The notes under the pieces are model-generated. The model did no database searches, was not told the DNA's origin, and saw only the letters and a program-made list of their open reading frames with translations. DNA of 55,342 nt, the filler included, from Squatina squatina (lineage: Eukaryota): NCBI GenBank assembly GCA_031763465.1. It is 3 parts of 3 records of this genome, joined end to end, with 100 filler letters (N's around TTAATTAATTAA, not from the genome) between each part and the next. Parts side by side here need not be neighbours in the genome. Positions count along the whole stretch, not along the records: positions 14,751 to 33,855 come from JARFOE010000219.1; positions 33,956 to 55,342 come from JARFOE010000004.1; 1 more part is not named here. One strand, given 5' to 3'. Below, piece after piece: positions 25,483 to 36,940 of the stretch (position 1 is the first letter of the stretch; each line of letters begins with the position of its first letter). Made by a program: the position numbers and the translations under genes.

Positions 25483-25669
25483 GTAAGTAATAATCGGATG
25501 ATTCTGTACCATATAAACTCAGCCACACGTCTGGATACAGTTAAGGCAGGCAGATGCCTCAAGTTATCATCCAGTTTTATGCTAAAAGTACAGATCCAGC
25601 AGCACATCTGCTAGAGTGTTGGGCAGAAAATATTTTGTAAATACAGTTTAAATATAGCTTGCATATTTT

Positions 25670-26102
25670 TTTATTCGTTCATGGGGTGTGGGCGTCGCTG
25701 GCAAGGTCAGCATTTACTGCCCATCCCTAATTGCCCATGAGAAGGTGGTGGTGAGCCGCCTTCTTGAAATGCTGCAGTCCGTGTGGTGAAGGTACTCCCA
25801 CAGTGCTGTTAGGGAGGGAGTTCCTGGATTTTGACTCAGCGATGATGAAGGAACGGCAATACTATTCCAAGACAGGATGGTATGTAACTTGGAACTGGTG
25901 GTGTTCCCATGCGCCTGCTGCCCTTGTCCTTCTAGGTGGTCGAGCTCGTGGGTTTGGGAGGTGCTGCTGAAGAAGCCTTGGCGAGTTACTGCAGTGCATC
26001 TTGTCAATGGTACACACTGCAAACATGGTGGAGGGAGTGAATGATTAAGTTGTCCTGGATGGCGTTGAGCATCTTGAGTGTTGTTGGGGCTGCACTCATC
26101 CA
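25670..26102 (-). mobile_element. LINE 3' portion (RTEX/L2-like)
   Basis: Same family as 28650-28950 and 8090-8188. Minus strand encodes a degraded NSLPNSTVGVPSPHGLQHFKKAAHHHLL C-terminus. Confidence 0.75.
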
Positions 26103-26419
26103 ACTTGAGATGAGATATTTAAATTTAATACAAAGCTTAAGGCCTGGAAATTCCTAGCGTTGGAGGAGATTGCAGCCNNNNNNNNNNNNNNNNNNNNNNN
26201 NNNNNNNNNNNNNNNNNNNNNNNNNNNNNNNNNNNNNNNNNNNNNNNNNNNNNNNNNNNNNNNNNNNNNNNNNNNNNGAAGACATGAAAAGAATGAGCAG
26301 TGTTGTAAGGTAACTTCACAATATTCAAAAGTCATGCAGTAATGAGAGTTTCTGTAGCAACACCACTGGCAGAGGAATATGCCAAGTCACATTCAGTCAA
26401 TCATCAAGATTGCAGACTT

Positions 26420-26972
26420 TCGTCTCTGCAACATTGCTTGTCTTTGCCGCATCTCACAGTCTGAGCACCGATGCTCTCATCCATGCCTTTGCTAGCTGAA
26501 GATTTGACTTCTTTTAACACCCTCCTTGCAAGACTTCTGAGCTCCTCCATACCAACACAAACTTGTCTAAAACTCCACTGCCTGCNNNNNNNNNNCCTGC
26601 ATTCTGCCCACACTCGTCTCACTAATCCATCAATCCTATTTTTGCTGACCTGCACTGACTCTTCGTCTCCGAATGCAATATTTACAAATGCCTTCCTGGT
26701 CTTATCCCACCCCACTTCTAGAATATTTTACATCCCAGCCTGCATCCCATAGCCCACTGACTCTGTGTTTCTAACGTTCTCTCTCTCTGCACCTTCCTCA
26801 CTTGTCAGCAAACTTTCAACCATCTTGAGCCTTTTTTCTGGGGAGAAACCTCTTCATCTTGCTAGTTCTCTCTTGTCTTTTTTGTCTGTCCCTTTAGTCA
26901 ACTCACTTACATTTTCTACCACACTATTTGGAACTTAAGTTACATTAAGGATGCTATACAAATGCAGTTGTC
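26420..26972 (+). mobile_element. Old L2-like LINE fragment
   Basis: Degraded LIHAF..RFDF.N.LL...LHSAHTRL..ILFLL.LH homology and a tail GGATGCTATACAAATGCAGTTG. Confidence 0.55.
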
Positions 26973-27031
26973 ATTTCCTCAAGAATGGAACAGATTAATT
27001 TATGAACTGATGGTTACTTTCTTTCCTATAG

Positions 27032-27130
27032 TGGAAGTTATAGTGAAGACAAGCCCACCCACATTGGTGCATGTTGTTCCTGAATCTACAGCTAGACAGG
27101 TGGCTTCAGTATTTGCAACAGAAATTTCAG
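27032..27130 (+). CDS. LTBP2: LTBP2 hinge-region exon
   Basis: VEVIVKTSPPTLVHVVPESTARQVASVFATEIS. 99 nt, phase 1-1, CTTTCTTTCCTATAG| and CAG|GTAAGA. Resembles the LTBP hinge before the cbEGF run. Confidence 0.75.
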
Positions 27131-27311
27131 GTAAGATCTCATGGCACAGCTTGCATTTTGGACATCTTTTTGTCATAAAAGACATATAGGTGGGTAAATT
27201 GGTAAAGGTAGCAATAGATTTTTAATGCCAGATTAATATTTTGAACTGAAAAGGATCCAAATTAGGAGTTGCATAACCTGAAACGTAATCCCCTTTCAAT
27301 TAAAGATTGCA

Positions 27312-27960
27312 GGGACAAAATTGCCGGTAACCTGCTGGGTCCAGGACTTCCTGCGCCCGACGCAGAAGTCCTGCCCTGACCGCGTATTTGGGCTTACCGT
27401 CCCTCAAAGGAAGTGAAACATGTGCTTAATTTCCTTTAGGGGTGGGTCCTAGGGTGATGTAGTGCAGCGTTACGTGCTAAGTCCACATAGTGCTAATGCA
27501 CTTCAATGTTCCTCCCCTTTGCTTAAAGGGGAGGGCTGCTGCACACTCTGCAAGGCCTCTGATTGCCTCCACTGGACCACCAGGGCAGCGTGGTAGTGAG
27601 GCTGCAGCCCGACACCCAAAATGGGATGGCGGACCAGACCACGCAATAAAACAGGTATGGGAGCCGACCCGAGAGTCGGCAAAACTTCAAAGGTGGCGGC
27701 GCAGGGCACTGGCGACCTCCCCTTTAACTTCTGCCCCGTGAGTGGATGTCAACCTGGTTTGTGAGCTGCGAAGCTGGCGCTGACACCCGCTCGTGCCAGC
27801 CTCATGGGCCGCGGGGCAGAAAGGGGTCAGCGTGCGACACTAAGCGGCTGCCGCACTTAACGATTACGTCATCGCCATTTGCGCAGCGGTTCGACGCGCT
27901 ACCCGTGGGGCAGGGCACTGCCGTGACAACGCCTTTGCAAACTCCTGGGCAATTTACCGG
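27312..27960. mobile_element. GC-rich non-autonomous DNA transposon-like element
   Basis: CpG-rich block bounded by GGGACAAAATTGCC and GGCAATTTACC (imperfect inverted ends). Confidence 0.45.
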
Positions 27961-28649
27961 AAGCCGATAGTGCCCCCACCCCACCAAAGAGGTGCTAACA
28001 GGCGTCGCAAAAAGCGGCAGTTTCATCCCCTTACCTTTTTGCGGTCTCTTCTGGAGCTGGTCTCCTGCCTCAAGTTGGCCTTCTGGGAAAGCCACTGTAG
28101 CATCCTTTCTCAGGCATAGGTTAAGATTGCGCTGAGGTTTGTTTGACATCACCAGGACATGTATATGTAAAGAAAACCTCGCCGGTGGGTGACCTTGCCA
28201 CTTGGTCATGAGAGCAGGTTAAAATCACTGGTGCCTCCAGGGAGGGTAAGTAATTCAGGGAATTTTAACTGACTAATTACCCAGTTTCCGCTTGGTAGTT
28301 AGGGTTAAAATTGACCCCATCCTCCTACACATACGCTTTCTATACGTAGTTATGTCTGCCACACTCAGGAACGTATCCAGCTCCCTTTTGAATGCTTGCA
28401 GCAAATCCACACTCATTGAAAAAACACATTCTAAATGACCGATCAGTCAACAGTATTTGGATATCATCAAAAACTGTATGTAATAAGAAGCAAATTGGAA
28501 ATCTGCATTTGAATTAACCATATTAGCATTTCACCACAAAATGCGAATACTGTAAGTGGAGCTATTGGAGCCTATAACCAGCATTTACAATATCTGCATT
28601 TACAAGTAAAGCCTGATACCAACCTGACATGATAATGTGTTGCAAACCT

Positions 28650-28950
28650 GTGATCACTACCACCTACAAGGACAAGGGAAGCAAGAGTATGGGAACATCA
28701 CCACCTCTGAGTTCTCCTCCAAGTCGCACACCATCCTGACTTGGAAATATATCACTGTTCCTTCATCATCGCTGGGTCAAAATCCTGGAACTGTCTACCT
28801 AACAGCACTGTGGGAGCACCTTCACCACGTGGACTGCAGCAGTTCAAGAAGGCAGCTAGCCACCACCTTCTCAAGGGCAATTAGGGCTGGGCAATAAATG
28901 CTGGCCTTGCCAGCAACGCCCACATCCCAGGTACGAATTTTTAAAAAAAA
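28650..28950 (+). mobile_element. LINE 3' end (RTEX/L2-like)
   Basis: Encodes IAGSKSWNCLPNSTVGAPSPRGLQQFKKAASHHLLKGN* followed by AATAAA and an A-rich end. Confidence 0.75.
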
Positions 28951-30574
28951 TTTNNNNNNNNNNNNNNNNNNNNNNNNNNNNNNNNNNNNNNNNNNNNNNN
29001 NNNNNNNNNNNNNNNNNNNNNNNNNNNNNNNNNNNNNNNNNNNNNNNNNNNNNCAGTTCCTACTATTGTCAACGAACCGACAGCAAAATGTCAACGCGAC
29101 CATAGATTTTAAAAATGGGAAAGAGAATCCAATTGCTGGCTTATGTGCACAAGGTTGCATTTAGCCCATTAGTGTTCCACATACTCACAAAGGACTGGGC
29201 TGAAACCATAATGACAAAATCATCACATGGATAACGAGACAGCTTTTTCCTTGCAGCATAAATAGAACTAAGTGTACATGGGTTAGGATGGCATGTATTA
29301 CAATGCCAGAGATTTAAGTTCTAACACATACAAGCTTATGTAACCATCATTGCTCTGGTAATGAGACTGTTCATGCTGAGCAGACAGCTGTTTGTATCCA
29401 AGATGGAGACTGTCTTTAAAGATATGCCAGTGCATTTAATTATAATGCAAAGAAATTCAAGAGAGATTACATCATGTTTTAATGAAGGGAGTGAATTAGA
29501 AAATGATTGAAGTGAAAATTTATAGGAATGTGTTCACGGAAACACATGCAACAGCACTCCAAACAGAGAGCTATTGTGGGAATAACCCCAATGAACCTTT
29601 TAAGTACTGAATAAGTTTCCACCTTGCAGTACATCAAAATTTGGTTTTCATCACCTTCTAAGAATGATATTCTGCAAATTAAGGTTTATTTTTGAACAAA
29701 ATATTTTGATGAGAAAAATATGATTAGAATGTATTCTACAAACAGAAAGAAAGGGATTAAATGAAAGCCATTTACCAATAGAGTATATTTGCTTCATATT
29801 TTCATAAGTCAGTCTCTTTCTTGGAAGTGAAAGAACACCTTGTAGCCCTGGTCATGGCATAGATGTTTAGGGATAGTTTTGTGAGGCTGCACTGCTGGTG
29901 TGGAGCCTTTCTAGCAGCAAGTGTGGGTCTAAGAGTCGGCTACACTTTAATCTCTGATTTAGTTTGAATCCAGTCACAATACATGAATAATTTACAAAAA
30001 GATGCAGTTCAGAACCTAGGATTTCACTATAGTGTTGCAAAATTTTGTCAATTATAGGCTTGAGAGCAAAATAATTCCAACTTAAACCATGCTGTCATTG
30101 GTTCAGTTTGTACAGGAACTTAGTTTGTGCCTATTTAACTCTGATAGTGAGATGTTCGAAATCCTGGAAACACATTTCTGGGATACAAAAAGTCGGTTTG
30201 AATACCACTGATTACTGAAAGAACTTTGAAAAAACAGTGCCAATTAAGTAGGCCCCCAGTGGTAAGAATTGCAAAGGAAAGTAGCAGTACCCCTTAAAAG
30301 TTGCTCACAAGCAACGAGGGGTGCCCAATTGGCCTTTTTATAGTCTGTGGCTATATCGGGCCAATAGGTGTTAATTTAGCGCCCGTTTTGGACAATTATC
30401 TTAAGACACAGAATTGGCCTCTTAGGAGATTTCTTGGCAAAACAAAAACAAAACCTATGTTCAAAAGCGGCGCTNNNNNNNNNNNNNNNNNNNNNNNNNN
30501 NNNNNNNNNNNNNNNNNNNNNNNNNNNNNNNNNNNNNNNNNNNNNNNNNNNNNNNNNNNNNNNNNNNNNNNNNN

Positions 30575-30652
30575 CCGTGATCTCATTGAATGACGGAGCA
30601 GGCTCGAGGGGCCGGATGGCCTACTCCTGCTCCTATTTCTTATGTTCCTATG
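30575..30652 (+). repeat. CR1-type 3' tail
   Basis: GAGCAGGCTCGAGGGGCCGGATGGCCTACTCCTGCTCCTATTTCTTATGTTCCTATG. Same tail as 36792-36940 and 51978-52102. Confidence 0.8.
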
Positions 30653-31501
30653 TTGCATGTATGTATATATATTTTTGTATATTTAAATGTACACAAGCAT
30701 TTCAAAAAATTGCAAATGCATTGCTTGCTGAAAAATTACAAGAAAATGACTAATGACTAAACCTATCTAGATGTTGCCTCTTGCGTGTTTGAAATGTTTC
30801 CAACGATATTTTGTCACAGGCTGTTTCAAGCAGTGGTTTTCCACGCACGCCCATTTTGCCATCAGAAATGTGTATCATATGCAAAAGGAAATCATACCTG
30901 GTGTTACTGCCCTCTGCCTTTATCTCCTGCCCATTACGCCCCTGAAACTAGCAAATACGGGGCATAGCTGACACTAACTCTCATAAATTCGGTCCAAATT
31001 TTTAAATTGGCGATCTACACCTCTCCTGACCCCAGCCACGTTTCCAACCCCCTCCTCATTCCCCCACCGTGCAGCAGCATGTGAGCAACTTACTCTGAGC
31101 AACATGACTGCAGAACTGCTAGCGTTTTAGAATGCTGAACAGAAGGAAGCAAGTCTCTTGTTCACACAGACTAATTTGAAATGATCCTATTCTTCTTCAT
31201 AGTTGGTTGCTTTGCTTTACAGCCTGTAAAAGGTTATTCAGATTTCCTATATTTTCAGTGAAAATCAAATATTGATGTACTTTAAAGTACCTCGAAGAGA
31301 ATTGTTACATAAAATTTAAAGGTATCTACATTACTCAACCCTGGAAAGTTGGCGTTCATGAATTACTTTTACTGCACTAGTTTTGTTGTATTAAATTTGA
31401 AATAAAGGCAAGTAATTTAAAAAAATGCGTGAACTTGTTAAACAACAGAATGCTGTTGCTAATTATCACCAACTCTTTTGGTTTTGCTTGTATCTATTTA
31501 G

Positions 31502-31633
31502 ATATTGATGAATGCAGTTTATATGGCAGCTCTGTATGTGGGATCTGGAAGTGTGAGAACACTGTTGGCTCCTATCAGTGCATCGTGGGATGCCAGCCTG
31601 GTTTCCAGCGTACAGCTATTGGAGAATGCATTG
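31502..31633 (+). CDS. LTBP2: LTBP2 calcium-binding EGF exon
   Basis: [44 protein letters not shown]. The C-x-x-G-C spacing is LTBP2-like. TTTAG| and G|GTGAGT. Confidence 0.92.
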
Positions 31634-33429
31634 GTGAGTATTCTTTAAGAATTAAGGTCTGGATGATGGATTTTGATTAAGAATTGAATGCTTTGTTAAT
31701 TTTACAATGTAGCACCCTTCTCTTTTAATTATAAGTATTCAGTTAGCAGGAAGTTCCCCTTCAGAGCAACACTCTTCCAACGCAATTTTGTTTTCTCAAC
31801 TGAGATTGCTGAGATTTTCACGAGATAACTTTTTACAATTTTGTGCTCTCAGCAATGGAAGCATACTTCGGCATCTCTCACAAATGCTCTCGCTGACCAT
31901 GTTGAGGCATGNNNNNNNNNNNNNNNNNNNNNNNNNNNNNNNNNNNNNNNNNNNNNNNNNNNNNNNNNNNNNNNNNNNNNNNNNNNNNNNNNNNNNNNNN
32001 NNNNNNNNNNNTTCCACCGTTAAGAGCACGGAAACAAAAAGGTCATTTTGTATTTGTAGGATATTAGTAATATGCTGCTTAAAAGAGTAGCTACAAATAG
32101 TCCAGTCATTGAGAAATCTGGTTGTGATCCATGTCAATTTATTGAGGAGCACGCAACGGTGTTCAAATGGAGGAAACAAGACTGAAGGAAGACACAATAC
32201 AGTTCTTTCAAATGATGAAAAGATAGAGTTGAGATAAGCAAGCCACTTACTTAACTTTGATGAAGAACAACACTAGAGATCACAAGTTCAACATTTTCAG
32301 GATATTTATACTCTTTTTACTCTCGATATTTTTCATTTCACTATTTAGAATATTACTCTTGTAGCTGAGCCCCAGTTTCCTATGTCCCAAAGAGAGTGTT
32401 TTCACTTAACCAGAAAACTAGGTAAATTTCAGTAATCAGCTACTGGTTATATCCTATACCCTCATGTGATCCTTCTTGTCTTTGGAAGGTGGAAGAATAA
32501 CATTTCACTATACTTTGATTGCTGAATAAATTAATTAAAGAGTAAATGGAACTTAGCATCAAGTTGCTGAGTAGTCCTTAAAGGGGCAGCTACAGGCTGT
32601 TCCAAAATAAATTAAAAGCCATGTTTAAAGCATCATAAAAATGTACAATCTAAATAAAGTTAGTAGCATATCAGAAACTGAACTTTGTTTGGATGCATTT
32701 GTACTCACTCATCTTTGTTCTATTACTGTTGATGTTAGCAATGAAACCAATGGCTTCATTACAGCTCTGTGCAGCTGCTATCGTTTATTATGGGTATACA
32801 ATGTAGTAAAATACCTAAGAGTGGCCCATTTAATAGTTTACGTTAACTGTCTTGAACTTTAATGATTGTTAAAATTCTTCTGTGCTGCACATTATGAGAA
32901 TTCTAATTAGGCATTAGCATTTGACATTGTTGGGTATTTGTTTGAGGATTTACCTGTCAAATAATTATGTGCAGCTGTGGTTCTCTTCTTGCAGGTGCTA
33001 TTAAGCCATCAGACTTGTATTTTAACACTACATTGAGAAAGAGATCTCTTTTCAATGAGAATTAGGTTCCATCTGACCTCTTTAAACTTTCCTTAGTGGT
33101 TACTCACAAAGCAGCTCAATTTCAAAGTGTCACTTCATATAAAGAAATCATTGTTGTCAAACAGCACGTAGTGCTACCTACAAATGCCAGACAGGTGTGC
33201 ATTGGCAGTTGGAAAATAGAATAAATATTAAGATTGCCGTGCTGCTGCAATTGTCACTCCAGTTAGCCTGTTTTGATTTTGGTCATTCTTTTTGCAAAGT
33301 GTTTGACCAAATAAAGGTTTACAATCCACGTCATCACGTTTTGAAAAAAATAAATATTGACATCTGTACTTTGAAAAAATTACAGTAACAGCAGATCAGT
33401 TAATTTGCTCTCAAAATTCACTGAAGCTG

Positions 33430-33855
33430 TAAAAATAGTGGATTATGGACAGACTAGCAGACTGTACTAATAGATACAAGATGCAATTAATCTAAATTAA
33501 GTGTGAGGTAATACATTTTGGGAAAAGGAATATACACTTGAACCCTGATTTTACCTCAGGGCGGCAGTCGAGCGACCAAATTGATAGGCTGGCTGGCGCC
33601 CGGGAGAGAAAACCAGCTGGTGACCCTTCGGCGACGGTCCACGACAATCAGGAGGGAGGAAAGTCAGGGATGGGGGTGGAGGGGTGGGGAGGGATAGGGG
33701 TGGAGGGGTGGGGAGGGATGGGCTGGAGGGGAGGAGGAGGTCAGCAATTGTGGCAAGTGGATAGCGAGGCCAAGATCGGCAGTGGGATCTTACGAGAAAA
33801 GTTTGAGCAGGTTGGGCCTGTACTCAAAGGAGTTTAGAAAAATGAGAGGTGATTT
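33430..33855 (+). mobile_element. CR1 fragments separated by a GC/G-rich insert
   Basis: KCEVIHFGKR near 33500-33530 and YEKSLSRLGLYSKEFRKMRGD near 33790-33855. Confidence 0.65.
33666..33740 (+). repeat. G-rich minisatellite, about three copies of GGGATGGGGGTGGAGGGGTGGGA
   Basis: Direct tandem units of about 23 nt with multiple G-tracts. Confidence 0.75.
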
Positions 33856-33955
33856 NNNNNNNNNNNNNNNNNNNNNNNNNNNNNNNNNNNNNNNNNNNNT
33901 TAATTAATTAANNNNNNNNNNNNNNNNNNNNNNNNNNNNNNNNNNNNNNNNNNNN
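33856..33955. other. Artificial scaffold-joining spacer
   Basis: 44 N + TTAATTAATTAA (33900-33911) + 44 N, identical to the spacer at 14651-14750. Confidence 0.95.
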
Positions 33956-35170
33956 CTGAACAAGTTTTTTTCACAAAGAGAGTTGTTTACAGCAGCAAGC
34001 AGTAAAAGCAAGACATTGAAGCCACTCCATAAACAGAGGCCTGGAATCAATTCCCAAAGGGTTAAACAGACAAACCAGCCGGATGAGATCTTTTGAAAAT
34101 TCCCTTGCAGAGCTTGAACTGAAAATGCTTTTCGGTAATAAATAGCAGACTTATTCCTCAGCAAACAAAACAAAGACAGTTTTTACACGAATAGGTTTAT
34201 GCCCACACAGCTGCATTCTCTCCCTTTGCCTCAGAGCCAGCAAAACTAAACTGCTATAAGAAAAGAAAACGTTGGAAAATACTCAGGTCAGGCAGCAGCA
34301 GTGGAGGGAGGGAGAAATAGAATGAATGGCCTTAATATTAACCCCCTCCCATGACAGTTCGGAGAGAGTATGGGGGATATAGAAATTTTAAAATGAAGAA
34401 CAGGACCCTCCCAACCCGCCGCATACGTGCCTGTCGCCATTTTTATGGGGCATGGATAGTGTGCCGTGCGAGTGTCCTGCTTAGGAAACCCGATAGTAAA
34501 AGGGAAACGGGAGCTGCCAACTCAAGAAGTTAAGAGCGGCCAATTCGTAGTAAAACTTCTAGCGTGAAAGTGGCACAAAACTGGCGTTAAGCCACTTTTG
34601 GCGCGAAAATGTGGGCGCTAAATTTGGGTCCCATTTGCGCTGGTGCAAAACGGGCGNNNNNNNNNNNNNNNNNNNNNNNNNNNNNNNNNNNNNNNNNNNN
34701 NNNNNNNNNNNNNNNNNNNNNNNNNNNNNNNNNNNNNNNNNNNNNNNNNNNNNNNNTTTAAGGGTTAAAAATATAAAATATGGGACAAATCCTTGAACAA
34801 GTCACAGAGAAAGCTTCTGCAACAATAGTATTCCGTGAAAGAAAAAAAATGCAAATTTATGCTCATCCTTAAGTGCAATCAAATACCTTGTACTTGTTGA
34901 AAATCACATGGACTTATAATGACAGCTGTTTCACTTAGAGATGATGTAATAAGGATGAAATGATGAAAATGCTAGATCTTGAATTGCACTAAATTGAAGT
35001 GCCTCTGTGGGACAGACAATGCAGCCCATTGGCAAACATCAAATAGGCTCACATTTTGCGGTTATAGCATCACTGCGACAGTACTGTGAGGGGAGAAGTA
35101 AAAGTGTGATTGGTATTCTTAAATACAAGCACATTTGAGTCCTACCCTTTGTAGCAGAACAAAAAGATGA

Positions 35171-35314
35171 GAGTGAATTTCCGCGGGGATTCTCCCACTG
35201 ATTTGCTGTAACTTCAGTGGAAGAGTCGCAGAAACCTCTGACAAATAGCGTGAATGGTGTTTTTCTGGTGTTCTGCAGTACTTCCAACGAAGTTATGGCA
35301 AACAAATGCCCCCC
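35171..35314. repeat. Decayed palindromic MITE-like hairpin
   Basis: TTTGCTGTAACTTCAGTGGAAG pairs imperfectly with CTTCCAACGAAGTTATGGCAAA. Confidence 0.55.
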
Positions 35315-35339
35315 ACCTCTCTCATATCCATCTCTCACA

Positions 35340-35632
35340 ATAGACTGAGGCCCCCAACGCCTGTTGTGGTGCATTAGGGACCTGAACGATCACAAAGCAC
35401 AATTCGAAGAAGAACATGATGTTCCCTATGTGTCCTGACCAAAATTCCTTCCTCAACCAGGCTAATTGGTTATTCATCACCTCGTTTGTGAATTTTTGTT
35501 GTGTGCAAAAGGACTGCTTTATTTGCCTGATGTAACAACAGTCATTGCTCCTCAAAGTCATTGGTTATGTGAAGTGGTTTGAGATGTATTTGAGAACCAT
35601 AATAAGGTGCAATCTCAATGCAAGTCTTACTT
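35340..35632 (+). repeat. Diverged Deu-domain-type SINE body with L2-like tail
   Basis: ACTGAGGCCCC...TTCGAAGAAGAAC...GTGTCCTGACCAAAATTCCTTCCTCAACC...GTGTGCAAAAGGACTGC...ACAACAGTCA...AATGCAAGTCTT. Related to 49866-50010. Confidence 0.55.
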
Positions 35633-36479
35633 TTTAATTCTTTGTCACTTAAAGAGATAATGACAGATGTTGTTTGATGATGATAATGGACAAAGAACAA
35701 TGTCATAAATAAAACCTTACATTAGTACGAGCAGCACATAACCTGTCAGTCAATGAAATAAAAATGGATAAACATCTGAACAGTTAGTCCATTTGGGGAG
35801 ACCTATTGAAGTTAATGAACTACTACATTGCTCTCAGGTAAAATGAAAGCAGTAAATGGTGCTTGCAAAGGAGACGTGCAAAGTCTTAATAGCTCTAGTA
35901 AAGTAAAACACACTTTAGGGACAATTCTCCAAGGACATGCTGACAGCAAGGGGCCTTGTCTGCTGATAGCACAGACTCAAACAATTGCCACCTTTGTAGT
36001 TCATTAAAAAGAAAAGCTGGGAATAGTGGATATCTAAAATTTAAAAATTGCACACTGAAAGGTCTAGCCGATCCAACCCTATGTGAAGTAAGTTTGGCCA
36101 GTGTCCAGCTGATGCTTGGGCCCACAGTGCAAGGCTCCCCCTAATATAACATCCATTATCACTAAATTCATTGGCAATCCCACTCAGAAAGGTCATAAGA
36201 ATAGGCAATATTGGAAATGGAATAGTCACATTGCTGCAGTGGGCATAAAATTGAAGAGGGTTGTGCATGAATTAAAACATTTAGATGTGAGCATTCAAAT
36301 TTCAGTTTTCTTGGTTTGGAAGAATATTTCCATTCTCCTCTCTTTCCACTGAAAGCTTTTTTTATTAATAACTAATCAATTCCCTGTGGTCTTGCACATG
36401 GAGAACCAAAATCAAGTGCACTTTTCAGGTCAAGTAGGTTTAGGAGGCAGGGAGATATTAATCCAAGGCAGGAGGCGGG

Positions 36480-36691
36480 CAGCGAAGGCATATGGGAGGA
36501 GGGAGGAAGGAGAGGGAATAAAGACAAGAGATGAGGAACTGGATAAGGGGAGAAGGAGAAGAGAGGAGAAGAGCTGAGAGTAGGGGAGAGAAGGGGAAAG
36601 GTGTGGGAAAGAGAGAGAGAGAGAGACAGATTAGGGTTGGAGGAGGGCAGATAGGAAGGGGGAGTGGCCTCAGTTCAGGGGGGATGTTAGG
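36480..36691 (+). repeat. Purine-rich (GA) low-complexity tract
   Basis: Long A/G-rich stretch including an AG dinucleotide run. Confidence 0.75.
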
Positions 36692-36791
36692 NNNNNNNNN
36701 NNNNNNNNNNNNNNNNNNNNNNNNNNNNNNNNNNNNNNNNNNNNNNNNNNNNNNNNNNNNNNNNNNNNNNNNNNNNNNNNNNNNNNNNNNN

Positions 36792-36940
36792 ACATAGAAA
36801 ATAGGAGCAGGAGTAGGCCATTCGTCCCTTCGAGCCTGCTCCACCATTCAATATGATCATGGCTGATCTTCTATCTCAACGTCATATTCCCACTTTCTCC
36901 CCATACCCCTTGATGCCTTTAGTGTCTAGAAATCTATCTA
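36792..36940 (-). repeat. CR1-type 3' end
   Basis: ACATAGAAAATAGGAGCAGGAGTAGGCCATTCGTCCCTTCGAGCCTGCTCCACCATTCAAT. Confidence 0.8.
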
